Assembly: GCF_000350165.1 (NCBI RefSeq)
Contig: NZ_CAUI01000015.1
Coordinates: 221,313 to 253,312, forward strand
DNA: 32,000 nucleotides
DNA from: Halanaerobium saccharolyticum subsp. saccharolyticum DSM 6643
GTDB lineage: Bacteria > Bacillota > Halanaerobiia > Halanaerobiales > Halanaerobiaceae
Direction: 5' to 3'
Part shown: one piece after another, positions 1 through 10,766 of the stretch
Position numbering within the stretch: position 1 is the stretch's first letter
Layout of the letters: every line of letters starts with the position of its first letter
Notes under the pieces: model-generated
Told to the model about the DNA's origin: nothing
Seen by the model: only the letters and a program-made list of their open reading frames with translations
Database searches by the model: none
Position numbers and translations under genes: made by a program

Positions 1-859
1 TTCTTAAAAGCAATCTTAAAACAGCTTTTTCCCCATAAATTGTTGGAATAACCGAGCTTCTAATATCAAAAACTTCTTCCTGAAAATTAAAATCCATTTT
101 ACCATCTTGAGGTAAATGTCTAATTGTAATATCCATTCCCGAAATAATTTTAATTCTTGAAATTACTGCTGCAGCTATTTCTACTGGTAAACTGTAATAA
201 TTTTTTAAAATTCCGTCAATTCTATATCTAATTTTAAAATAATCTTTTTTCTGCTCAAGATGAATATCACTTGCATTTAAAGAAATTGCCTCTGTTAATA
301 TTTTATTTAAAAGTTTAACAACAGGTGCATCTTCAACTATATTTTTTAAACTGTCAATATCTCTGCTGTCTATTTTTTTAAAATCACCAAGATCTTTTAA
401 AATTTCTCTCTGGTCAATTTTAAAATAACTGCTGTATAAAAGGTTTTCTGCCTCTGAAAATTCACTTTCTGTCATTAAATAAAATTTAATTTTAGTTTTA
501 TATTTAAATTTCAATTTTTCCTGCAAAAATAAATCAGGTGGATAAACACTGGCAAAAGATATAAGGGTTTTTGTTTTATTAATTAAAATTACTTTATATT
601 TGTGAACCTCAGCTATTCCCAATTCTCGAGCTTTATTTTTTTTAATTGTTAGATTAGAATTTTGATAAATTTCAACCTCAAAATAATCAGAAATCGCCTG
701 CAGTAAATCATTTTCTTTTAAAATAGTTTCTGACCTAAGATAATCTATTATTTCTTTTATTTCCCTATTTTCTGAAAAACGCTTTAACTTTAGCCGTTTA
801 GATTCTGAAAAAGAACAGCTTTTAAATAAATATTCACAAAAATTTTGGATATCTTTCAC
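1..859 (-). CDS. GspE/PilB-family secretion ATPase, N-terminal part (3' end runs off the window)
   Basis: Not in the ORF track because it is open at the window edge. My minus-strand translation from GTG at 859 gives ...VEDAPVVKLLNKILTEAISLNASDIHLEQKKDYFKIRYRIDGILK...ISGMDITIRHLPQDGKMDF...DIRSSVIPTIYGEKAVLRLLLR. This parallels PilB in this window (ASDIHIEP, RYRVDG, IPQDGR, VSTLPTIYGEKVVIRLL). An in-frame TAA lies just upstream of the GTG. Confidence 0.7.
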   Translation of the reverse strand, partial: MKDIQNFCEYLFKSCSFSESKRLKLKRFSENREIKEIIDYLRSETILKENDLLQAISDYFEVEIYQNSNLTIKKNKARELGIAEVHKYKVILINKTKTLISFASVYPPDLFLQEKLKFKYKTKIKFYLMTESEFSEAENLLYSSYFKIDQREILKDLGDFKKIDSRDIDSLKNIVEDAPVVKLLNKILTEAISLNASDIHLEQKKDYFKIRYRIDGILKNYYSLPVEIAAAVISRIKIISGMDITIRHLPQDGKMDFNFQEEVFDIRSSVIPTIYGEKAVLRLLLR

Positions 860-942
860 CTTCTTTAGATTTTGAAGTTAATAAATTTCCTTTTTTTATA
901 TAAATATATAAAAAATGTAAAATATATATTTGCTAATACTTA

Positions 943-969
943 ATTCAAGGCTTAAAAAGTTATTCCTGC
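943..969 (-). promoter_or_regulatory. Candidate sigma-H-like promoter (GCAGGAATA-N11-cttGAAT) upstream of the GspE-like gene
   Basis: Minus strand reads TTTTGCAGGAATA-actttttaagc-cttGAAT. This fits the Bacillus sigma-H pattern RnAGGAwWW-N11-RnnGAAT except for the R. The 14-nt core TTTTGCAGGAATAA is identical to the copy at 31681-31694. Confidence 0.35.
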
Positions 970-1077
970 AAAAATTTGTAATTAATTAGAAAAAATATAA
1001 ATTAATAGTTATATAATTGTTAATTTTTGTAAATAATATTTATTTTTATTAGTGAAGCTATACAGATTTTCTTTGCA

Positions 1078-1110
1078 TAAAAAAACAGCTGTAGAATTTA
1101 TCCACAGCTG
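1078..1110 (-). terminator. Rho-independent terminator downstream of cimA
   Basis: Minus strand: CAGCTGTGG-ataaatt-CTACAGCTG followed by TTTTTTTAT, 15 nt after the cimA stop. Confidence 0.6.
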
Positions 1111-1124
1111 CTTACTTATTCTTA

Positions 1125-2699
1125 TTAAATTATTCTGATTCCTTCTTTTATTAAAAGTAAATACTCAATACTATCTACTAAAGCATCCCAGGAGGCCTGA
1201 ATAATATTTGTAGAAACTCCAACAGTTGTCCATGATTTTTCCAGATCTGCTGTCTCAATTAAAACTCTTACTTTAGCAGCAGTACCATCATTTCCATTTA
1301 AAACCCTTACCTTATAATCAATTAGCTTGCTTTCCGTGATTTCCGGATAAAATGAAACTAAAGCTTTACGGAAACAATTATCAAGGGCATTTACAGGACC
1401 ATCACCTTCAGCAGCTATATGAACTTTTTGCTTTTTAACTGTCATTTTAAGAACTGCTTCTGAATAGGTATGATTATCCTTATTTATACTATTGGTTCTA
1501 AAATCTTCAATTTCAAAAAACGAATTATAATCTTTAAATTCTCTAAAAGCCATCAAAATTAAAGAAGCCTCTGCCCCCTCAAACTGATAACCCTGATTCT
1601 CTAATTTTTTAACTTTTTTAATCAGTTTTTTAATCACTTCATCAGAAAAATCATTTAAATCAAAACCAACTTCTTTTAATTTATATAATAAATTAGATTT
1701 TCCTGCCAGTTCTGAAACTAAAACCCGCCGCTCATTACCCACTAATTCGGGCTCAATATGTTCATAAGTATGCGGATTTTTGCGAACTGCACTAACATGG
1801 ATTCCACCTTTATGAGTAAATGCACTTTTACCGACATAAGGTTTATTGTTTCTAGGAATTAAATTAGCAGTCTCAGTCACAAAATAATAGAGAGGTTTTA
1901 ACTGTTTTAACTGTTGATCAGTAACCAACTTTTCTCCATATTTAAGCTGTAAAGTTGGAATTAAACTGCATAAATCAACATTACCACAGCGCTCACCTAA
2001 ACCCCCTACTGTACCCTGAAACTGAACAGCACCTTCTTCATAAGCGACTATTGAATTGGCAACAGCTAGCTCACCATCATTATGAGCATGCATTCCAATA
2101 TCCATGTCAATTTTGCTTTTAACATCTTTGATAATTGTTCTGACCTGAGAGGGAAGTATACCACCATTAGTATCACATAAAACTAATAAATCAGCCCCAG
2201 CCTCAGCTGCTGTTTCTAAAACCTTTAAAGCATATTCTGGATTACTTAAATAGCCGTCGAAAAAATGCTCGGCATCAAAGAAAACATTTAAACCATTTTC
2301 TTTTAAAAATGAAATTGTATCTTCTATCATCTTAAGGTTTTCCTGCAGTGGAACCTGCAGTGCCTCTTTTACATGCAGATCCCAACCTTTTGCAAAAATA
2401 GCTACATAATCTACTCCTGCCTCAAGCAGTTTTAAAATATTTGTGTCTTCTTCAACCTTCATATTAGGATGCCTTGCTGAACTAAAAGCAACTATTTTTG
2501 CATTTTCTAAATTCATATTCTGTACTTCTTCGAAATATGCCTCATCCTTAGGATTAGAACCTGGCCAGCCACCTTCGATAAAATCAATTCCAAAACGATC
2601 TAGCTGTCTGGTTATTCTTAACTTATCATCTAAAGAAAGAGCAATTCCTTCTCCTTGTGAACCATCTCTTAAAGTTGTATCATAAAGTGTTAATCCCAT
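1125..2699 (-). CDS. cimA: (R)-citramalate synthase (LeuA-related, about 524-aa class)
   Basis: N-terminus MGLTLYDTTLRDGSQGEGIALS, HxH metal site (MHAHND) and a C-terminal LeuA-dimer-like domain. The DTTLRDGSQ form at this length is typical of the CimA clade rather than LeuA. A bona fide leuA is also present in the same operon. Confidence 0.75.
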   Translation of the reverse strand: MGLTLYDTTLRDGSQGEGIALSLDDKLRITRQLDRFGIDFIEGGWPGSNPKDEAYFEEVQNMNLENAKIVAFSSARHPNMKVEEDTNILKLLEAGVDYVAIFAKGWDLHVKEALQVPLQENLKMIEDTISFLKENGLNVFFDAEHFFDGYLSNPEYALKVLETAAEAGADLLVLCDTNGGILPSQVRTIIKDVKSKIDMDIGMHAHNDGELAVANSIVAYEEGAVQFQGTVGGLGERCGNVDLCSLIPTLQLKYGEKLVTDQQLKQLKPLYYFVTETANLIPRNNKPYVGKSAFTHKGGIHVSAVRKNPHTYEHIEPELVGNERRVLVSELAGKSNLLYKLKEVGFDLNDFSDEVIKKLIKKVKKLENQGYQFEGAEASLILMAFREFKDYNSFFEIEDFRTNSINKDNHTYSEAVLKMTVKKQKVHIAAEGDGPVNALDNCFRKALVSFYPEITESKLIDYKVRVLNGNDGTAAKVRVLIETADLEKSWTTVGVSTNIIQASWDALVDSIEYLLLIKEGIRII

Positions 2700-2708
2700 T
2701 TTGCATCA

Positions 2709-3776
2709 CTACTCACCTTCTTCATTGCTTTTGAGAGTCTTAACTAAATAATCTCCAACTTCATCTGTACTTAAGTCTCCTCCTTGATCTGCAGTTACCA
2801 TCTTATTTTCCAGTGCTTGCTTAACTACTGCTTCAACCTTTGGTGTTAAATTGCCATAACCAAGTTCTCTAAGCATCATTCCAGCTGCTAAAACTGCTGC
2901 CAGGGGATTAGCTATATTTTGACCTGCTATATCAGGTGCACTTCCATGAACAGGCTCAAACATTGAAATACTCTCTGGATTAATATTACCAGAAACAGCC
3001 ATTCCCATACCACCCTGCAGTTCTGCACCTAGATCAGTGATAATATCACCAAAAATATTACAGGTAACAACTATATCAAATACTTCAGGGTTGCGAACCA
3101 TTTTCATAGTCATTGCATCTACCAAAAAGTGATTTTGCTCTACATCAGGATACTTTTTTCCCATTTCTTTAAAAGAACGCTGCCAGAGATTATGCGCATA
3201 AGTTAAAACATTACTTTTATCACAGACTGTCAACTTCGGTTCTCTACCAAATTTTTGAGCGTATTCGAAAGCATATTTAATAACCCGATCCACACCTTTG
3301 CGGGTAGAAATCATCTCCTGAGTTGCTACTTCATCTGGAGTATCCTTCTTTAAAAAGCCCCCAATGCCAGCATAAATTCCTTCGGTATTTTCTCTAACCA
3401 CAGTAAAGTCAATATCCTCAAGTCCCTTACCTTTTAGTGGAGAAAATTCTTCTTTATAAAGTTTAATTGGACGTAAATTTACGTACTGATCAAAGTAAAA
3501 GCGAAGTTTTAAAAGAATTCCTTTTTCTAAAACTCCCGGCTCAACTCTGGGATCACCAACAGCACCTAAATAAATTGAATCAAAGCTTTCCAGCTTATTT
3601 AAAACATCATCTGGCAGAATATCACCAGTTCTTAAATATCTTTCTGCACCCAGATCAAACTTTTCGAATTTTAAACCTAAGTTATAAACTCCATCTAAGT
3701 ATTCTAAAACTTTAATTCCCTGCCGGGTAACTTCTTCGCCAATTCCATCCCCCGGTATATATGCTATATTACTCAT
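2709..3776 (-). CDS. leuB: 3-isopropylmalate dehydrogenase
   Basis: 355 aa with IPGDGIGEEV at the N-terminus and the NLFGDILSD-like motif (NIFGDIITDLGA). Lies in the leu operon. Confidence 0.92.
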   Translation of the reverse strand: MSNIAYIPGDGIGEEVTRQGIKVLEYLDGVYNLGLKFEKFDLGAERYLRTGDILPDDVLNKLESFDSIYLGAVGDPRVEPGVLEKGILLKLRFYFDQYVNLRPIKLYKEEFSPLKGKGLEDIDFTVVRENTEGIYAGIGGFLKKDTPDEVATQEMISTRKGVDRVIKYAFEYAQKFGREPKLTVCDKSNVLTYAHNLWQRSFKEMGKKYPDVEQNHFLVDAMTMKMVRNPEVFDIVVTCNIFGDIITDLGAELQGGMGMAVSGNINPESISMFEPVHGSAPDIAGQNIANPLAAVLAAGMMLRELGYGNLTPKVEAVVKQALENKMVTADQGGDLSTDEVGDYLVKTLKSNEEGE

Positions 3777-4268
3777 TTATACCATCTCCTTTTTTATATG
3801 CTCAATTAAGCCGCCATCTTTAATAATTTCCTGCATAAAAGGTGGAAATGGTGCAGCCTGATAGGTCTCACCTGTACGCAAATTTTTAATCTTACCCTGG
3901 TCAATATCTACTTCTAACTTATCGCCAGCCTCGACAGCCTGAACAGCTGCTGGTGCCTCTAAAATCGGGAGCCCGATATTAATTGAGTTACGGTAAAAAA
4001 TACGGGCGAAGCTTTCTGCTACTACACAGGAAACTCCTGCATATTTAATGGCTAAGGGAGCATGTTCCCGCGATGATCCGGAACCAAAGTTTTTACCCCC
4101 GACAATAATATCGCCTTTACTTACCTCATCAGCAAAATTTTCGTCTAAATCTTCCATACAGTGAGCCGCTAAATTCTCCGGTGTTGAAGAATTTAGATAA
4201 CGGGCTGGAATAATTACATCTGTATCTACATTATCTCCATATTTAAATACTTTTCCTTTTAATTTCAT
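3777..4268 (-). CDS. leuD: 3-isopropylmalate dehydratase small subunit
   Basis: 163-aa short (archaeal/clostridial-type) aconitase swivel domain with GxNFGCGSSREHA-like motif ([14 protein letters not shown]). Stop/start abuts leuC and leuB. Confidence 0.9.
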   Translation of the reverse strand: MKLKGKVFKYGDNVDTDVIIPARYLNSSTPENLAAHCMEDLDENFADEVSKGDIIVGGKNFGSGSSREHAPLAIKYAGVSCVVAESFARIFYRNSINIGLPILEAPAAVQAVEAGDKLEVDIDQGKIKNLRTGETYQAAPFPPFMQEIIKDGGLIEHIKKEMV

Positions 4269-5533
4269 TATTTAACCTCCTCTGGACCAGCAATATAGCC
4301 TTTAACTGCTGATGCTGCTGCTACAGCTGGACTTGCTAGATATACTTCACTGTTGGTTGAGCCCATCCGCCCAACAAAGTTACGATTAGTTGTTGAGATA
4401 GCTCTCTCACCATCAGCTAAAATACCCATATGTCCACCTAAACAGGGTCCACAGGTAGGAGTTGAAACTGCTACACCTGCATCAATGAAAATATCAAAAA
4501 TCCCTTCGTGCATTGCCTGCTTGTAAATTGCCTGAGTTCCCGGGAATACTAAACAGCGCACATTTTTGTGTACTTTTTGACCTTTAAATACTTCTGCTGC
4601 TGCTCTTAAATCTTCGATGCGGCCATTGGTACAGGAACCGATTACAGATTGATGAATTTCTATTTTTTCTTCAATTTCATCAAGTCCTTTAGTGTTTTCT
4701 GGTAAACTTGGAAAAGCAACCTGTGGTGCAATCTGGCTGACATCAATTTCTATAACCTCTTCGTATTCTGCATTTTCGTCTGGCTTGACTACTGTATATT
4801 CTCTCTGAGCTCTATCTTTTAAATAGGCCTCAGTCTTTTCATCTGCTGCAATTAAACCTGCTTTGCCTCCAGCTTCAATTGCCATATTGGACATTGTCAG
4901 CCGGCCGTCCATAGAAAGATTTTCTATGGCCTCTCCTGTAAACTCCATTGCTTTATAGAGAGCTCCATCTACCCCAATTTTACCAATTGTATAAAGAATT
5001 AAATCCTTGCCGCTGACATGAGGCTTAAGTTCTCCCTTATAGACAATTTTTATTGTCGGAGGAACCTTAAACCAGGCCTTTCCTGTTGCCATCGCTGCTG
5101 CCATATCAGTACTACCTACTCCAGTTCCTAAAGCACCAAGCGCACCATATGTACAGGTATGAGAGTCAGCTCCAATTATAATTTCTCCAGGTAAGGTTAA
5201 ACCCTTTTCTGGTAATAATACATGCTCAATTCCCATCTGGCCTACTTCAAAATAATTTGTAATATCATATTTTTGGGCAAATTCTCTAACTACTTTTACC
5301 TGCTCTGCTGCCTTAATATCCTTATTTGGAGCAAAATGGTCTGGAACAAGTGCTATTCTCTCCTTATCAAATACTTTATCAACACCAATTTTATTAAATT
5401 CTTTAATTGCTACCGGGGCAGTTATATCATTACCTAATACCATATCAACTCGGGCATTAACTATTTCCCCTACTTTAACCTGATCTTGATCAGAATGGGC
5501 AGCAAGAATTTTTTCTATCATTGTCATTCCCAT
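4268..5533 (-). CDS. leuC: 3-isopropylmalate dehydratase large subunit
   Basis: 421-aa aconitase-family protein with Fe-S ligand motifs ([24 protein letters not shown]). Overlaps the leuD start by 1 nt. Confidence 0.9.
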   Translation of the reverse strand: MGMTMIEKILAAHSDQDQVKVGEIVNARVDMVLGNDITAPVAIKEFNKIGVDKVFDKERIALVPDHFAPNKDIKAAEQVKVVREFAQKYDITNYFEVGQMGIEHVLLPEKGLTLPGEIIIGADSHTCTYGALGALGTGVGSTDMAAAMATGKAWFKVPPTIKIVYKGELKPHVSGKDLILYTIGKIGVDGALYKAMEFTGEAIENLSMDGRLTMSNMAIEAGGKAGLIAADEKTEAYLKDRAQREYTVVKPDENAEYEEVIEIDVSQIAPQVAFPSLPENTKGLDEIEEKIEIHQSVIGSCTNGRIEDLRAAAEVFKGQKVHKNVRCLVFPGTQAIYKQAMHEGIFDIFIDAGVAVSTPTCGPCLGGHMGILADGERAISTTNRNFVGRMGSTNSEVYLASPAVAAASAVKGYIAGPEEVK

Positions 5534-5590
5534 TTACTTAAATCACTCCCTTAAAATCTTATAATATTATAATTTTTGAAATATTTTTTA

Positions 5591-5617
5591 GCAGCCTGCT
5601 CAAAGTAAACAGGCTGC
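5591..5617 (-). other. Intercistronic GC-rich hairpin between leuA and leuC
   Basis: GCAGCCTG-N11-CAGGCTGC. On the minus-strand RNA it is followed by UAAAAAAUAUUU, not a clean U-tract, so it is more likely a processing or stability element or a weak pause site than a full terminator. Confidence 0.3.
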
Positions 5618-5624
5618 CTGTTAT

Positions 5625-7145
5625 TTACTTATCATTATTATAAACTAAATACTTATTAATTGCTTCAATATAGGCTGAGGCACTGGCTTCAGTAATATCA
5701 GTCTGGGAAGAATGGCCTGTATAAAGTTTACCATTAATCTCAGCAGCGATAAATGCTTCCCCAAGTGCATCCTTACCTTCTGTTACTGCATCAATCTTAT
5801 AGGACATCAGTTTAATATTTTCCATATCTGTTAGTTCATTAATAGTCTGGAAGATTGCATCTACCGGGCCATCACCATTACAGGCTGCAGATTGAATAAT
5901 TTCACCTTTCTTTTTCAACCTCACAGTTGCTGTCGGCAGCAGACCTTTACCGGTTAAAACAGAAATATATTCCAGCTCATAAGTTTTATCATAATCATAA
6001 AGCTCATTATCAAGTAGAGCTATAATATCTGCATTACTGACATTTTTCTTTTTATCTGCTAAATCTTTAAAGCGCTTAAAGAAACTTTCAAAACTAGACT
6101 CATCCAGCTCATAATCATACTTATCTAAGAAATCCTTCAGAGCATGACGGCCTGAGTGTTTACCCAGCACCAACTTATTATGATCAAGACCAATTGTTTG
6201 GGCATCCATAATCTCATAAGTAGTTCTTTCCTTAATCACACCATCCTGATGAATTCCAGCCTCATGAGCAAAGGCATTAGCACCAACAATTGCCTTATTT
6301 GCCTGAATTGAAATACCGGTTGAATTAGCAACCAATTTTGATAAACGTGCAATCTGGGTTGTATCTTGAGTTACATCCAGACCATAATAATCATGTCTGG
6401 TATAGAGAGCCATTACAATTTCTTCTAAAGCTGCATTACCTGCTCGCTCACCAATACCATTAACAGAAACTTCGACCTGAGTCGCCCCGTTTTCAATAGC
6501 TGCCAGTGAATTAGCAACAGCCAGCCCTAAATCATTATGACAGTGCACACTAATTTCTACCTGATCAATATTAGGGGTTTTTTCTTTGACTCCCTTAACT
6601 AAAGCGCCAAATTCAGAAGGAACTGAATAACCAACTGTATCTGGAATATTAATCACCTTGGCGCCAGCATCAATAGCTGCTTCAAATAAGCGGGCCAGAA
6701 AATCAACATTGCTGCGGGAGGCATCTTCAGCTGAAAATTCAATGTTATCTGTATACTGAGCTGCATATTTTACTCCCTCAACTGCACTTTTTATGACCTC
6801 TTCTTCAGTCATCTTCAGCTTATATTCCATATGAATCGGTGAAGAAGCGATAAAGACATGTATTCTTGGGTTTTCAGCATCTTTTAGAGCTTCCCAGGCT
6901 CGATCAATATCACCTTTACGGCATCTTGCCAATCCGGCTACTTCTATTCCCTTTACATTTTCTGATACCATTTTAACAGCTTTAAAATCTCCCTCAGAAG
7001 AAATTGGAAAGCCAGCTTCTAAGACATCAACCTTCATCTTAGCCAACTGCTTAGCTATTGCCAATTTTTCCTCCGGAATTAAAGTGACTCCAGGCGACTG
7101 CTCACCATCTCTTAAGGTTGTATCAAATATTTTTACATTAGCCAT
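5625..7145 (-). CDS. leuA: 2-isopropylmalate synthase
   Basis: 506 aa with IFDTTLRDGEQSPG, HCHNDLGLAVAN and a C-terminal LeuA allosteric domain. Confidence 0.93.
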   Translation of the reverse strand: MANVKIFDTTLRDGEQSPGVTLIPEEKLAIAKQLAKMKVDVLEAGFPISSEGDFKAVKMVSENVKGIEVAGLARCRKGDIDRAWEALKDAENPRIHVFIASSPIHMEYKLKMTEEEVIKSAVEGVKYAAQYTDNIEFSAEDASRSNVDFLARLFEAAIDAGAKVINIPDTVGYSVPSEFGALVKGVKEKTPNIDQVEISVHCHNDLGLAVANSLAAIENGATQVEVSVNGIGERAGNAALEEIVMALYTRHDYYGLDVTQDTTQIARLSKLVANSTGISIQANKAIVGANAFAHEAGIHQDGVIKERTTYEIMDAQTIGLDHNKLVLGKHSGRHALKDFLDKYDYELDESSFESFFKRFKDLADKKKNVSNADIIALLDNELYDYDKTYELEYISVLTGKGLLPTATVRLKKKGEIIQSAACNGDGPVDAIFQTINELTDMENIKLMSYKIDAVTEGKDALGEAFIAAEINGKLYTGHSSQTDITEASASAYIEAINKYLVYNNDK

Positions 7146-7180
7146 TAATTTTCACCACCTTTGCTTAAAATCCTGAATAA

Positions 7181-8706
<1,526 letters not shown>

Positions 8707-8709
8707 AAA

Positions 8710-10380
8710 TTATCCCCCTATCATATCTTTTAAGCCGGCCCCAGCCGGTACCATTGGATAAACATTTTCTTCTTCTGGAATGTGGATGTCTAAAATTGCT
8801 GGTCCCTTAAGCTCCATTGCTTCTTTAAGTGCAGCATCAAGTTCTGACTTCTTTTCAACACTCTTCGACCAGATTCCATAAGCTTCTCCCATTTTTACAA
8901 AATCAGGGGCTGGAATTTTAGTTTCTGAATATCTTTTGTCAAAAAACATCTCCTGCCACTGTCTGACCATTCCTAAATATTTATTATTAAAGATGATAAT
9001 TTTTACAGGAACATTATAGGTTTGGATTGTACCCAGTTCCTGAATATTCATCTGAATACTACCATCTCCAGCAATTAAGATAATTGTTTCATCAGGCTGT
9101 CCCACCTGAGCTCCTATTGCAGCCGGCAGACCAAAACCCATTGTTCCTAAACCACCAGAACTGATAAACTGGCGCGGCTTCTTATATTTATGAAACTGAG
9201 CTGCCCACATCTGATGCTGGCCAACTTCGGTGACTATAGTCGACTCACCATTTGTATATTTATCAACTTCTTCCATAATATACTGAGGTTTGATAGTCTC
9301 AGAACCATCATCTTCATATTTAAGTGGATATTTTCTTTTAAGTTCTTTAATTCTCTGCTGCCACTTTCCATTTTCTTTTGCCTCGATAAAGGGCAGAATC
9401 TCAAGCAGTACATCTTTGACATCTCCAACTATCGGTATTTCTACATCAAGATTTTTTCCGATTTCTGCTGGATCAATGTCAATCTGAATAATATCGGCCT
9501 GAGCTATAAACTCATCAAGTCTGCCGGTTACTCGATCATCAAAACGGGCACCAATTGCAATAACTAAATCTGTTTCCAGTGTTGCTTTATTTGCATATTG
9601 AGTTCCGTGCATTCCAAGCATTTCAAGTGCTAATTCCTGATCTTCAGGATAAATGCCCAGTGCCATCAAAGTTGTGGTTATTGGGATTTTAGCCCGATCG
9701 ACCAGCTCTCTAATTTCTTTTTCTGCTCCAGAGATTACAGCTCCACCACCAACATAGAGCAGCGGTCTTTTGGCGTTATTTATTGCTCTAGCTGCTTTAT
9801 TTACCTGCAGTCTGTGGCCTTCAAATTGAGGCCTATAGCCCGGCAGAGAAACTTTAGTCGGATAATTAAATTCTGCCACTTTTTGGGTTACATCTTTTGC
9901 CAGGTCGATCAAAACTGGCCCGGGTCTGCCTGTTTTAGCAATAAAGAAAGCCTCCTTGATTGTTTTTGCCAGATCATTAACATCAGTAACTAAAAAGTTG
10001 TGTTTGGTAATTGGTAAAGAGATTCCTGTGATATCTGCCTCCTGAAAAGAGTCTTTTCCAATCATTGAACTTGAAACCTGTCCTGTAAAAGCGACCAGGG
10101 GGACTGAATCCATAAATGCATTTGCCAGTCCTGTAACCATATTTGTTCCACCTGGTCCAGAAGTAGCAATACAAACCCCTACTTTCCCACTACTGCGAGC
10201 ATAACCATCTGCTGCGTGGACTACTCCCTGCTCGTGTCTTCCTAAATAGTGTTTTAAACCTGAGTTATATAAGGCATCATAAAGGTTAATAACAGCACCA
10301 CCCGGATATCCAAATATTGCCTCAACATTTTCTTTTTTAAGGGATTCAACTATTATTTCCCCACCATTTAATTTTGGCAT
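8710..10380 (-). CDS. ilvB: Acetolactate synthase large subunit (ThDP-dependent)
   Basis: 556 aa with N-terminal GYPGGAV and ThDP motif GDGSIQMNIQELGT...NN. RBS GGAGGTGA lies upstream. Confidence 0.93.
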   Translation of the reverse strand: MPKLNGGEIIVESLKKENVEAIFGYPGGAVINLYDALYNSGLKHYLGRHEQGVVHAADGYARSSGKVGVCIATSGPGGTNMVTGLANAFMDSVPLVAFTGQVSSSMIGKDSFQEADITGISLPITKHNFLVTDVNDLAKTIKEAFFIAKTGRPGPVLIDLAKDVTQKVAEFNYPTKVSLPGYRPQFEGHRLQVNKAARAINNAKRPLLYVGGGAVISGAEKEIRELVDRAKIPITTTLMALGIYPEDQELALEMLGMHGTQYANKATLETDLVIAIGARFDDRVTGRLDEFIAQADIIQIDIDPAEIGKNLDVEIPIVGDVKDVLLEILPFIEAKENGKWQQRIKELKRKYPLKYEDDGSETIKPQYIMEEVDKYTNGESTIVTEVGQHQMWAAQFHKYKKPRQFISSGGLGTMGFGLPAAIGAQVGQPDETIILIAGDGSIQMNIQELGTIQTYNVPVKIIIFNNKYLGMVRQWQEMFFDKRYSETKIPAPDFVKMGEAYGIWSKSVEKKSELDAALKEAMELKGPAILDIHIPEEENVYPMVPAGAGLKDMIGG

Positions 10381-10414
10381 TATTTCACCTCCGCTGTAAT
10401 TTTGAAAATAAATA

Positions 10415-10450
10415 GATACAAAAATAGCCCTGAAAATAATTATTCAGGGC
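10415..10450 (-). terminator. Leader (attenuator) terminator upstream of ilvB
   Basis: Minus strand: GCCCTGAA-taattatt-TTCAGGGC followed by TATTTTTGTAT, ending about 35 nt before the ilvB ATG. Its position inside a long 5' leader implies attenuation control. Confidence 0.55.
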
Positions 10451-10480
10451 AGAAAAATATCTAAGAATTAAAACTGGATA

Positions 10481-10495
10481 AATTGACTGAAAATT
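10481..10495 (-). promoter_or_regulatory. CodY-box-like site in the ilvB leader
   Basis: Minus strand AATTTTCAGTCAATT matches 13 of 15 positions of the Firmicute CodY consensus AATTTTCWGAAAATT. Confidence 0.35.
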
Positions 10496-10681
10496 AAATA
10501 AACTTCTCTCTGTATACGAGTATAGTTCTTTCAGTTGTCTAAGTAGTATTTTTTAGCTAATAGCTAAAAATAGATATACTACTCCCTTAATATCTCAGTT
10601 TATAAAATTCTTAAATGAAGCCAACCCTTCTCGACTACTTGCTATTCTATAACTTCATTTAATATTCTATTTATATTGTAC

Positions 10682-10710
10682 ACTATACTAAATTTATATC
10701 CTTTTATCAA
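10682..10710 (-). promoter_or_regulatory. Sigma-A-type promoter for the ilvB-leu operon
   Basis: Minus strand TTGATA-17 nt-TATAGT, about 300 nt upstream of ilvB and just downstream of the ilvD stop. Confidence 0.45.
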
Positions 10711-10766
10711 TCATTTTTTTAAAATATCTTTAATTTTTTTGATATTTCTCTAAAATGAGAGTCTGA

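Noticed and set aside
9234-10174. Minus-strand out-of-frame ORFs inside ilvB (9234-9428, 9983-10174), and 18079-18264 inside the pilin genes.
   Set aside because: They are embedded in alternative frames of well-supported genes, have no RBS, and their composition is consistent with frame-shifted translation.
10381-10766. T-box riboswitch call for the ilvB leader.
   Set aside because: The conserved T-box sequence (GGGTGGTACCGCG-like) and the AGAGA/GNUGGNA distal Stem I motifs are not visible on the minus strand, so I did not annotate it as a T-box.
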